Positions 23,050 through 35,540 of a stretch of DNA of 64,000 nucleotides are shown piece by piece. The DNA is taken from positions 54,808,001 through 54,872,000 of the forward strand of contig NC_043002.1 in assembly GCF_006345805.1 (NCBI RefSeq), given 5' to 3'. The position numbers and the translations under genes are program-made. This DNA is from Octopus sinensis. Its lineage: Eukaryota. Each line of letters opens with the position of its first letter. Position 1 is the stretch's first letter. The notes below the pieces were generated by a model. It was not told the DNA's origin. It did no database searches and saw only the letters and a list, made by a program, of their open reading frames with translations.

Positions 23050-25350
23050 AGAAAATAAATGGGAGAAAGAGAATCTGCCGAATGTCAACCCAACAGAGGG
23101 ACCAGCTATCCGAGTTGACAGTACTTTGGTAGATAAAGCAATTAAGAGTATGGAGACAGAGAGAGCCCCTGGCCTATCAGGAATCACTACAGAGATGCTC
23201 AAAATATCTGGCAGTGTCGGCTATAGCCTAGTCACCTGTATAGATAACTAGGTGATACATGAAGGAGTCATACCCAATGATTGGTGTAGCAGCACTATAG
23301 TGAACTGCTACAAAGGTAAAGGTGACGCTTGAGATACAAATAAATACAGAGGTATCAAGTTGTTGGATCAGGTAATGAAGGTCACAGAAAGGGTCATAGC
23401 CCAAATAATTAGGGAGAGAGTCAGTTTTGATGAGATGCAGTTTGGGTTCGTGCCAGGGAAAAGCACCACTGATGCTATATTTCTGATAAGACAACAGCAG
23501 GAGAAATACCTAGCCAAAGATAAACCTCTGTACCTGGCTTTTGTTGACATGGAGAAAGCCTTTGACAGGGTCCCCCCGATCCCTTATCTGGCGGTCAATG
23601 AAGAAACTAGGGATAGATGAATGGTTAGTGAGAGCTGTACAAGCCATGTACAGGGACATTGTCAGTAAGGTGAGGGTTGGCAACGAGTACAGTGAAGAAT
23701 TCCTGGTAGAGGTAGGGGTCCACCAAGTTTCAGTCCTCAGCCCCCTCCTATTTATCATAGTCCTCTAGGCAATAACAGAGGAATTCAAGACAGGATGCCC
23801 CTGGGAGTTCCTCTATGCTGATGATCTTGCTCTAATTGCTGAGTCACTAACAGAACCAGAGGAGACGTTTCAAGTGTGAAAAGAAGGATTAGAATCGAAG
23901 GGACTTAAAGTCAACCTAGCTAAAACCAAAGTCCCAATATGTAGGAAGGCAGGCAAACCACAAATCCCTTCAGGTAGATGGCCCTGCTTGATCTGTAGAA
24001 AAGGTGTAGGTAGAAACTCTATAAGATGTACCCAGTGTAAGCTATGGACACATAAGAGGTGCAGCAATATCAAAGGAAAGCTAACTGGGAGGATAGTTTT
24101 CGTATGTGGCCGATGCTCGGGAGCTGTATATAACACTGAAAATGTGCAGAGAACAACTTCCGCCACATTCCAGGGAGAAAAACTAGAAGTAGTTGATAGC
24201 TTCCGTTACCTAGGTGACCAAATCAGTAGTGGAGGAGGGTGCACTGAAAGTGTAGCTGCTAGAATAAGAATAGCCTGGGCTACGTTCAGAGAGCTCTTAC
24301 CTCTGCTGGTGACAAAGGGCTTCTCGCTCAGAGTAAAAGGTAGACTGTACGATGCATGTGTACGAACAGCCATGCTACATGGCAGTGAAACATGGGCTGT
24401 GACTGCTGAGGATATGCGTAAGCTCGCAAGGAATGAAGCCAGCATGCTCCGATGGATGTGTAATGCCAGTGTGCATACTCGACTGAGTGTTAGTACTCTG
24501 AGAGAAAGGTTGGACCTAAGAAGCATCAGATGTGGTGTGCAAGAGAGACGACTGTGCTGCTATGGTCATGTGGCGAGAATGGATGTGGATAGCTGTGTGA
24601 AAAAGTGCCGCACCCTAGCAGTTGAGGGAACCTGTGGAAGAGGTAGACCCAGGAAGACCTGGGATGAGGTGGTGAAGTATGACCTTCAAACATTGGGCCT
24701 CACCAAGGCAATGACTAGTGACCAGAACCTCTGGAAATATGCTGTACTCCAGAAGACTCGGCAAGCGCAAGTGTGACCATAACCTTGTGTCCTATCCTAG
24801 GGATGTAACCAGTCCACTTATGCATGTATTATCTTCATTGGACACTAAACTCTGCTTGTGAAGACCAGTTGAGGCAAGTGAAATAGAAGTCGAAATCAAA
24901 CTCGGTCACCGGCATTTGTTGCTAGTGGAGCGCTAAGAGTACCATACGAGTGAGATCGTTGCCTGAGCAACAAACTGGCCTTCATGCCGGTGGCACGTGA
25001 AGCCTACCATTCGAGCGTGATCGTTACCGCGTCGCCTTACTAGCACTTGTGCTGGTGGCATGTGCAACATTCGAGCGAGGATGTCGCCAGTGCTGCTGGA
25101 CTGGCTCCTGTGCAGGTGGCACGTAAAAAGCACCATTTGGACGTGGCCGTCGCCAGTACCACCAAACTGGCCCTCATGCCAGTGACACATAAAAGCACCC
25201 ACTACACTCTCAGAGTGGTTGGAGTTAGGAAGGGCATCCAGCTGTAGAAACTCTGCCACATCAGATTGGAGTCTGGTTCGCCAGACCTCAGTCAAATCAT
25301 CCAACCCAAGCTAGCATGGAAAGCGGACATTAATGATGATGATGATGATA
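23050..25350 (+). mobile_element. 5'-truncated RTE-clade non-LTR retrotransposon (RT, PHD-like finger, C-terminus, 3' UTR and (GAT)n tail)
   Basis: RT motifs QFGF, DMEKAFDRVP, GVHQVSVLSPLLF, YADD (23814-23825), NLAKTK and FRYLG. RTE-like C-terminus (MLHGSETW, GRGRPRKTW). In-frame stops and a frameshift near 23575; ORF2 stop at 24776. Confidence 0.93.
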
Positions 25351-25597
25351 CATATGCATACATATATAAATATACATAAATACATATACCTACACTTAAA
25401 TGTACATACATATTTACATTTAAAAGCATATACAATAATCAATTATTATTATTATTTGATGCATTATATTATTCATATTAGATAAAATATAAACAGAGGC
25501 ATGAGTAAGTTAAAAGAAGAGTAATATTGTAATTTATAAAATTAATATATCTTAAAGTTATTTCAATTATGTAAGAATGAAACTACATACACATGAG

Positions 25598-25650
<53 letters not shown>

Positions 25651-25654
25651 TCTT

Positions 25655-26072
25655 TTTTCTTTTATTTTGTTTCAGTCATTTGACTGCGGTCATTCTAGAG
25701 CACTGCCTCTTAGTCGAACACATCGACCCTAGGAGGTAGTCTTTGTAAGCCTACTTATTCTATCGGTCTCTTTTGCTGAACTGCTAAGTTACCGGGATGT
25801 AAACACACCAACATCGGTTGATAAGTGAAGGATAGGGGGCACAAACACAGACACACAAACATGCAAACACACACACACACACTCACACACATTGACCACT
25901 AGCCACTAAAGCTTCTTTTATTCTCTGTTTATTTTCTTGTGTTCCTTTCTGTTGAAAAGAGTAGGATCGAAACATAAAAGACTTTCTCACCTTCCTGTGC
26001 GTTAAACTAATACACCTGTTTCTTGTTTACACACCTGTCTTCATCTTATCTTTTGTTTTTTGTGAATTCCAA

Positions 26073-26146
<74 letters not shown>

Positions 26147-26345
26147 TATAATATATATATATACATGTATGTGTGATATATATACATGATGGTCTTCTTT
26201 CAGTTTCCGTCTACCAGTTCCACTCACAAGGCTTTCGTCAGCCCAAGACTATAGTAGAAGACACTTGCCCAAGGTGCCTTACAGTAGGACTGAACCCGGA
26301 ACCATGTGGTTAGTAAGCAAGCTACTTACCACACAGCCACTCCTG
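25655..26345 (-). mobile_element. CORE-type SINE family A split by an HHR family-2 insertion
   Basis: The 3' half (25655-25860) and 5' half (26190-26345) flank microsatellites and the family-2 repeat at 25890-26075. Confidence 0.7.
25890..26075 (+). mobile_element. HHR-bearing repeat family 2 copy (degenerate motif 25945-25980)
   Basis: cttt-CTGTTGA-aaagagtaggatc-GAAAC-at-a-aaag; flanks match 19555-19755. Confidence 0.65.
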
Positions 26346-26382
26346 TGCTTATATATAAATATATACATACATACACACACAC

Positions 26383-26445
<63 letters not shown>

Positions 26446-26480
26446 TCGTACATACATACATACATACATACATACATACA

Positions 26481-26528
<48 letters not shown>

Positions 26529-26946
26529 CAGATTGAGATAGGGGTTGTAAATGCAACCCTCCATGGGATAACATATATCCAATATACTGCTAGTGAAGTA
26601 CCCAACAAAGTTAATACATAAATGTTAAGGATTGTGATGCAATCAATTCATTTACTGTATTATATGGGCAAAGGTAAAATGATTTACCACAAATTACTAA
26701 TACAAGATAAGAAAATGGAGAAATACAACTAAATCAAATATCAATTACCAGATAATACTCAATCACATACTTTATTAAACCACCACATAAGAGACTGTCG
26801 GGTTAAACATAAAAAAGCAGAACAAATCAGTGTACATAAAGGAATGTACGTAAAAAAGTGTACATAAAAGAGTAATGTTGTATAATAAGTAGAATATATA
26901 TAAAAGAGAATATACATATAAGTAAATATAAATATAAGTATAGATT

Positions 26947-27077
26947 ACATCTTACAGCTGTTTCGGCCATGTAGATAAGTATGTCTCATTTTACCAATAT
27001 TAGCCTTTTATGGTAGGTAAATATATAGATATAAATGAGACATTTACAAAAATATCATAAGGCCTCCTCGGAGATAT
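26947..27077 (-). ncRNA. Hammerhead ribozyme motif (U4C variant), left arm
   Basis: atatct-CCGAGGA-GGCC[long hairpin]GGCC-GAAAC-AGCT-GTA-agatgt on the minus strand. Confidence 0.65.
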
Positions 27078-27354
27078 ACATATACATGAGTGCATATACT
27101 CACACTGCTATACATATAAAAATATACATATACATAACTCTCGCGGTACGCGTGTTCTGGTGTACATCTCGGTGATCGTGTGTGCGTGTGGGCCCAGCCA
27201 TGAATTCACGTGTCCGTGCGGGGGCGTGCATGCACATGTATGTGCATGTGGGTGCATTTCAGCGTATCCACTTATATTTACTATATTAGGTTTATCTTTG
27301 TGCTCTTCTTAATTTGTATTCCATTTTATTTATCTATTTATCTATACATGGATA

Positions 27355-27401
<47 letters not shown>

Positions 27402-28563
27402 TATCTATATATTTATATTTATTTATTTATTATTTATTTTTGTTTATTTGGCACTTACTAACTTATAATCAATTTAATTAATTTATAATTAATGAACTTA
27501 TATCTAAGTAAATAGTAACTTCTGTTTACGTTTTGTGTATGTATATATACATCTTTGGCTGGGCAGACATATATTTTAATTTATGATTTAGTGGATGTGG
27601 GTTGAGGTGTCGAGGTGTGTGAAAATGTGTATGTGTACGTATGTATGTTTTTGTACGTATAGGTATGTTCGTGGGTGGATGTACGGATGTATGTTTTTCA
27701 TATACATATGAGTACGCAGGTGCGTATTTGGATAGGTATATATGTATATGCAAATATTTATTCATGGGTGGATATAAGTATAGGTTTTATTTATACGTAT
27801 GAGTGCACAGACATATATTTAAATATGTATATATGTGTGTGCGAATGTTCCCTGATACAGTATATGAAAGTGTATTAATATTTATGAGTATATGCGGATG
27901 TGCGTGTGAGTGTGTGTGTTAGTGTATAGACACTGCTGCCTGTACTGATTTGTCTATAAGCCATGCGATGACAGACATGCACTCTGCAATCTAGTGAATG
28001 TGTAGGGATGTGTCGGGGTGTATTCATGTGTGTGTGCATGTGTATGTGGGTTTTTATGTGGACGTGTGGGTTTAGGGTTGGATGTGGATGTGTATGTTTT
28101 TCTTGTGCGGTGTGGTGGAGGTCGGACGGCTCTCAACGGACCAACCATGAAGAAGACAATGATAATTTAAATTCAAATCCAATAGTGTATTTATGTCATA
28201 AGGAAAATTACTAACTGGAACCCGGACATACATATGTGCCACTTCGGATCCTAATGTAAGCGTTATTAATAATATTATGAATGATAATAATGGTAGCATT
28301 AATGGTATTGACAACGATAATGATGCTAACTTTAATGACTCTTTGGAAATTAGTAGGAAGTAATATAATGTACTATTGACTATGTATATTTGCATCTAGG
28401 TACTAATATGTGTATGTATATTATCACAATATTAAGTTGAAGAGCTGAAACATTGAATGTGAACATATATATGTTTTTACTTTATTTATTTATTTACATT
28501 ATTATGTATATGTATATTTTTATATGTATAGGAGTGTGAGTATATGCACTCATATGTATATGT

Positions 28564-28694
28564 ATATCTCCGAGGAGGCCTTATGATATTTTTGTAAATG
28601 TCTCATTTATATCTATATATTGACCTACCATAAAAGGCTAATATTGGTAAAATGAGACATACTTATCTACATGGCCGAAACAGCTGTAAGATGT
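28564..28694 (+). ncRNA. Hammerhead ribozyme motif (U4C variant), right arm
   Basis: atatct(28564-69)-CCGAGGA-GGCC...tgtctcattt/aaatgagaca...GGCC-GAAAC-AGCT-GTA(28686-88)-agatgt: 6-bp stem I including one G.U pair. Confidence 0.65.
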
Positions 28695-28921
28695 AATCTA
28701 TACTTATATTTATATTTACTTATATGTATATTCTCTTTTATATATATTCTACTTATTATACAACATTACTCTTTTATGTACATTCCTTTATGTACACTGA
28801 TTTGTTCTGCTTTTTTATGTTTAACCCGACAGTCTCTTATGTGGTGGTTTAATAAAGTATGTGATTGAGTATTATCTGGTAATTGATATTTGATTTAGAT
28901 GTTTTTCTCCATTTTCTTATC

Positions 28922-28952
<31 letters not shown>

Positions 28953-29558
28953 ACATCGACAAATAAATCTCAGAAAGTCCCAAGCCAAACTACCTTCGTG
29001 GATAAATCCCATTGAGCTTCCACAGAAGTTTAAGAAACTTCCAGCATGAACAGAATAATAAAAAAAAAGAAAAACGCTAGAATTACATGAATCAGTAGAA
29101 GTAGGAAAGGATTTGTGAGGATGGCAAACAATGAACAGAAAAGACAACGAATAAACCAAAATGTGCTCTCTCTCTCTCTCCATACACACACATACACACA
29201 CACACACATACTGGATACAGTCCAGTTTGTATGGGTGTGAGCATATATATGTACATGTATATGTCTGTAGCTATAAATATACACATATGCACACACACAC
29301 ACACACACACACACATACATAAATACACACACACACACACACACATGTACATTAATAACTATAAATAGATATACATAGGTATATATACATGCATTTATAC
29401 ATGCATAGGTATTTATACATAGGCACAAACATGGATTTATAAATATGCATGCATATGTCTGAGTATGTATGTATATATACAAATATTTGTGTGTGTGTGT
29501 GTGTATATATATATATAAATGTGTGTATGTATATGTTTATGTTTATATATATGTATTT

Positions 29559-29593
<35 letters not shown>

Positions 29594-29645
29594 ATATATT
29601 TATTATATATATACACATATATATTTATACATATATATGTATACA

Positions 29646-29683
<38 letters not shown>

Positions 29684-31519
29684 TATATATATATGTACAT
29701 AGATACATACATACATAATATATACATATACAGATGTGTATACACAATATATACATGTGCATGTGTGTGTGTGTGTGTGGTGTGTTTATATACATGATGT
29801 CCCGTTTCCCTTCCCGACTCCTTCCTTTATCTTCTTTAACGACAAACACATCATTTTATTTCCGACTTTACCTTTAACACACTCCATTGTCCTCTCTTGG
29901 CAATTCTTTCTTTCTACACTTCACTCTATTACATTCAGCCAAGTTGTTGGCAGTCCGTGTAGCTTTCAGCGGTCATCATCTTTAATTAGCGGTCATTGTA
30001 TTTTTGGCTTCCATCCTAACTTTATTACAAGCTGACTGTATCATTAACTGCTGCCAGATTACCTGTCTTGGCCAAACCGACGTGCTTTCCTCCTCCTTAC
30101 TTTTTCTTTCTTCTTTCCTGCTTGTCTGTTGTTTCTTCTTTCCTCTACTGGATCCGCCATCATTTTCTGGGAAGCTTCTAACGGGCAGCTGTGTGTATAT
30201 GCTTGAATGTATGTGACTATTTGCCTTTCGTGTTTTTGAATTTATTTTCTTATTGTTCTTGCCGTCTTTTGCCTCAGTGCCAGTCTGTGTGTCTGTTTGT
30301 GAACTTGTCTCTGACATTTTTTTCCAATCAAATATGTTGCAGACAATACTTCTTTACTTTGGATAACCTTCCACCAGAACATCAGTTGTGGACAACTTTT
30401 GTTTTATTCTACATCATGACGAACAAACAAGCAATGTTAAACCTTTTGCCTGTCCTATGTACCACACGAGATACACTGGACATATCTTTTTGGCATTCAT
30501 GCATCATGTATGATATACATTCGCAAATGTTTGTCAACCACAAGAATGACTTGGAACTTGTGAAAGGGAATCTTTATGTGATATTCACTCAGAACATATG
30601 AAGCAAGGACTAATTAAAAGTCTGAAAGCAAGCATGGATGTTTAGGACAAACTTGTGAAAATGCTTTGGACAGGCAAAGGGTCAGGAAGAAAGAGTTAAA
30701 GAAAGAAAAAAAAAATGAACGGAAAAGAAATTCTTTAACTTCAGTAGTTATCAAAATTCCATCGGAGGAGAAGAGACAAACAGTGTATTTGGAATCATTG
30801 ACCGGAGTTAGAAATATCAGTAACTCTGTTATTATCTGGTAAAAATTAGAAAGATATGATATAAATAACATGGTTGTTGATGTTAGTTTTCTTTAGCTTC
30901 AGGTGAACAGTGATCGAGCAGAAACCTATGATTAAAAGCTGTTCACCTGTGACTATACCATCTCTTTCCTTTGTGAGGGTCACATTATCCAAAGTAGTCT
31001 TTTTCAAGATAATAGGATGTGATTTAAAGGAGACTTGGTGGTTATATCTAAGAAGCCAAGAAACAAAGTCTATGTAACGATCCTTTCATTGGTTTGAGTA
31101 AGATTGATTTGTTCCAAAGCAAATAACTGGAAAACACTTGAGAACACACACACAGAGTCACGCCTGCTGCATGAAATGCAAGCAGTTAAGTGGAAGTTAA
31201 CATACTTAATATTGTGAGTCTGAAAATGTTTAGTTCAATCCATTTACACCAACAGGGAGAAGAAGAAATTATTATCTTAATGACTAACTCTGATTAAGAA
31301 AAACAAGGGAAATAGCACTTGGTATTTAAATTGATTAAGATTGATTATCAATGTATTATTATTGAGTTCTCCCTCGATTTACACAGACTGATTGGTCCCT
31401 CGAGTCACTGTGTAAATAAAAACTGGCCCCTGATTGGTCCCTCGAGTCATTGTGTAAATAAAAACTTGTAACAAATGAGAAAAATTCGTTTGTAAAGATA
31501 TTACTAACAAAATGATATT

Positions 31520-31750
31520 TATGTCTTTATTGCCTACAGGGAGCTAAACATAGAGAGGACAAACAAGGACAGACAAAGGGATTAAGTTGATTACAACAAC
31601 CCCAGTGCATAACTGGTACTTATTTAATCGACCCCGAAAGGATGAAAGGCAAAGTTGACCTCAGCGGAATTTGAACTCAGAATGTAGCAGCAGATGAAAT
31701 ACCACTAAGCATTTTCCTCGTGTGCTAACGTTTCTGCCAGCTCACCGCCT
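31520..31750 (-). mobile_element. SINE family B
   Basis: ctggtacttatttaatcgaccccgaaaggatgaaaggcaaagttgacc...tttctgccagctcacc. Confidence 0.8.
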
Positions 31751-31912
31751 TATATACTAACAAAATGATATTATCATTACAATGCATTTATGTATGTATG
31801 CTCATATGCATATATATATATATATATGAATACATGTGCACATGCACACATACATACATATGTATGAATGTATGTAGGTATGTATGTATGTATGTATGTA
31901 TGTATGTATATA

Positions 31913-32260
31913 TGCACAGTCTGTGACAGACCATGCCTGTCTTTTGCTGGCCACAAATCTCATCTGCAAACACATAGAAAATGAACCACCACCAACTATT
32001 CTGCCTATATATCTGTGCATACCTTTGAATGCAGTGAATGCCAGAAGGTTTGCAGATCCAATGGAGGCCTCAAAAGACATTTTAAGATTCACAAAGAGGA
32101 GAAACTATCTGCAGCTCTTGGTGGTCCAAATTGGAGGTGCAATCTAAGTGGGTGTCTTTTCAGAACATTGTCTGGTTTAAAAAGCCCCATCAGATGCCAT
32201 GATGGTGCTAAGGTGTGGATACAGGAGGTGGTCAGATTCAGCATAAAGAGTGGACAACCA
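31913..32260 (+). pseudogene. Decayed triple C2H2 zinc-finger coding fragment, probably an RTE-type LINE C-terminus
   Basis: One frame reads CTVC-x12-HLQTH, then TGA (31982), CSEC-x12-HFKIH and a degenerate third finger; flanked by (TATG)n. Confidence 0.65.
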
Positions 32261-32564
32261 TCATGTATGTATGTATGTATGTATGTATGTATGTATGTAT
32301 GTATGTATGTATGTATGTATAGATGTATGTATGTATGTATGTACGTATATATGTATGTATAGATGTATGTATGCATGCATGTATGTTTTTATGTATGTAT
32401 GTACTATAATTGGTTTAAATCATCAGTGAACTCTATATATGTTTAGACACACGCACACACACACATGCACTCACACACAAACATACTCACACACATGCAC
32501 ACACATGCACACACACACACGTGCATGCACACACACACGCGTGCACACACACACACACGCGCGT

Positions 32565-32600
<36 letters not shown>

Positions 32601-32723
32601 GCGCGTGCACACACACACACACAGAGGGAGAATTGAGATGAAAGTAAAATGATGAAGAAAAAACAAACAAACAATGGAAAAAAATTCAAAGTAAATGAAA
32701 AACGTCCCTAAGTGAAACCATGC

Positions 32724-32797
32724 AAACCACACAAACCATACAAACCATATATGGTTTAAACCGTATAAACCATTCAAACCATGTACCATGTAAACCA
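32724..32797. repeat. 9-bp minisatellite (aaaccatNN)
   Basis: aaaccatgc aaaccacac aaaccatac aaaccatat ... aaaccgtat aaaccattc aaaccatgt. Confidence 0.8.
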
Positions 32798-33426
32798 AAG
32801 GGTAATATACACAGTGTGCAAGAAAAAAAGAAAGAACCTTCTCATACATTTTACGCAGCCCTTGGTGTGGTGCTAGTGAAACTAGATTGATGGTGATGGT
32901 GTCCTCATGAAGCTAATGTTTTGCCTGTTTTTCGTTCAGTCACCATTGTAGCTTGAACCATTGCATACCATGCGTTTGCTATGGAAATGTTTGTCAAAGA
33001 TGGTGAACCCAGGAGATTTTTTCTTTTGTTGCATCTTGTATGATAGGAAAAAAGACTTCATTTTGAACCAGGAATTCAAAATATGAAGCCGTTTGTTAAG
33101 ATTTCTGGCTAAACAGCCTTTGATTGTTGGTCAAAGATTGAACCTGGCTAAGTGGTAGAATAACTCTATTGCAAAACAGATGTTGGTTTTTATTCTCATC
33201 AAGTGAAACCATATCAATTTGAATAAAATTTTTCATGGAAAAATATTTAAATATAATTATTTGATGTTGTAACACAAAGAATTTATAAATGAGTGGTGTT
33301 AACTGCCTTAATAAAATTGCTTGTAGAGATACCATATTTTGGTTATCTACCATAATATACTACCGTGTATGTTATAAAGATTCACAAGTCCTGTGTCCTA
33401 CCTTTTGTGTTACTAGTGTGATAGAA

Positions 33427-33669
33427 TTACTTTCAAGTCATCTCTACAGATTTTCTACAGAATTTTGAGCCCCACTGAAAGTTAAGACGTATACGAATAC
33501 GTCTATGTAAACAATGAGATTAAAGATAGAAAAACAGGTAAAATAAGCACAAAATATTTTTCTATCTCCGATTGCATTATTCACATAGATGTATTCATAT
33601 ACAAATGCCATAACTTTCAGTGTTGACTCTGAATTCTATAGAATATCTGTAGAGACAACTTAAAAGTAA
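33427..33669. repeat. Degenerate inverted repeat, about 58-bp arms (old MITE-like)
   Basis: ttactttcaagtcatctctacagattttctacagaatt..cactgaaagtt vs the reverse complement of 33612-33669; roughly four-fifths identical by eye. Confidence 0.6.
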
Positions 33670-35399
33670 CTGCCATAAGTATCCAACATAGTTCTTTAAG
33701 GAGTCCTTATATTTCACAGTATTTATATAGTACAGTGTTCATATATCACAAATCATAGTATGGTGGTCTTTAAATTCCCGTTATCAAACTTAAACAAGCA
33801 CAAGACACTGAACGCATGTCCAACTGATAATGAAATCAATAATGATTTTTTTTTTTAATCAATATTCTATTTATATTGAGGTAATGTCTCATCAACCAGG
33901 ATACCAAATTCATCTTTGATGCACCAGGAACCAAAATAGATTCAGTATCAGAGAGAAGTACTTCATTGTTTTCTCACATTGCTGCTAAGTCAATATTTGA
34001 AGAGGAATGGTGGAATTGTTGTTGTTGTTTTGTTGTTGTTTCTCTCCCCGCCTCCTCTCCTCCGCTTTTCCCTCTTCACTCTTCCTACTTTTTATCTTTC
34101 TTTTTTTCTCCCCTTCTTCATCATCATCATCATCATCATCACCGTTGCCGTCACCACCCTGTTCTTCCTCCTGCACTTCCTCCTCCTCCTTCTCATCATC
34201 ATCACCACCACCAGCTTCTTCTTCTTCTTCTTCTTCTTCTTGTCACTTTGATCGAACTTAAACTCAAAGACATTCTAACAATGTCCATCACATCTTAATT
34301 TATCTTGAACTACATCATCCATCCAATTTGCCCTTCTGTTTCAAATATGGAAATGTGTGATCTAGAGGAGATTTATCCCCTATGTCTGGCAGGTCGAGTG
34401 ACTACGTAGAGACAACTTCAAGGGCGTGGCCATTGCTACAATACTGTAATGGGTTTAATTTGGCACAACTCCCTTTCTACAATAAAATAGAATAAATTAT
34501 ACTAAAGGTTTGGAAATAATGAAAAATCTTATACTAATTCTGCTTGTCATTGTGTTACTTAGCCCTTCAGTAATGCTTTCATGTGATTAGCTGAAGGGAA
34601 GGAGAGGAGAAAGAAAATGAAGAGAAAAAAGAGGATAAGATGAAAAGAAAGAAAAAGAGAAAAAGACAGAGAGAGGAAAAGAGGGGGAACGAAAAAGAGA
34701 AAAAGACGGAGAGAGGAAAAGAGGGAGAGAAAAGTGTTCATGACATGAGGTAGAGGGAATATAATAATTTTAGCAGAGAGGTGATGTTCTGATGGTGAGA
34801 TTAAAAAAGGCAAAGGGGGGAGAGAGAAACAGGAAAGGGAGAGAGGAAGGAGAGAGAGAGGAGGAAGAGAGAGAGAGGAGGGAGAGAGAGGGGAAGAGAG
34901 ATGACAATAGTGGTGGTTGGTGGTGGTGGTGGTGGTGGTAGAGATGGAGGTGGTGGTAGTGGAGGTGGTAGCAGTGGTGACTGGATAGTGAAAAGTGTAT
35001 TTTTAAAAAAATTGAACCAAGTTTTTTTATATTACCTTTCACTTAGTGTATGTACATAAGTGCAGTTGCGTGAAATATTCATGCTTTTCACTAAAGGTTG
35101 TATCATATGTATGGGATTTTTTTTGCTTTATCTATGGAGAAAATATTTATTTTATGAGTGTTGTGTATTAAGTCAATAAAATTGTGCATAAAATATATGA
35201 AGTGTGTATATAAAGTGCATTATGTAATCATCGTATTCCGATTTCCTTCAATTTTCAATGAGTGGCAGATGAGTGACTCTCTTTTGATACACAACACAGG
35301 ATACGCTTTCAGGATTTTTGAATAATGTTTTCAGAATAACTCAATAGGTTTACTGTGAAATGTTCATGGGTCCCACTAATATAAATAAATATATGAATA

Positions 35400-35540
35400 A
35401 AGAAGCTTGCTTCCCAACCACATGGTTCCAGGATCAAGCCTGCTGCATGGAACCTTGGGCAGGTGTCTTCTACTATAGCCTCGGGCCAATCAAAGCCTTG
35501 TAAGTGGATTTGGTAGACGGAAACTGAAAGAAACCCATTG
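35400..35540 (+). mobile_element. CORE-type SINE family A, 5' part
   Basis: aagcttgcttcccaaccacatgg...ccttgggcaggtgtcttctactatagcc. Confidence 0.75.

Larger units (their letters stand above)
26529..28926 (-). mobile_element. Penelope-like element relic with about 400-bp inverted pseudo-LTR arms, each carrying an HHR
   Basis: Arms 26701-27106 and 28533-28926 are near-identical inverted copies. Flanked by (TA)n; the left end is homologous to 6333-6620. No RT or GIY-YIG ORF recognised, so the PLE assignment is inferred. Confidence 0.65.

Noticed and set aside
24985-25200. Repeated GCACGTA (HRE-like) motifs in the RTE 3' UTR modules
   Set aside because: They are simply part of the amplified repeat module; there is no evidence of regulatory use.
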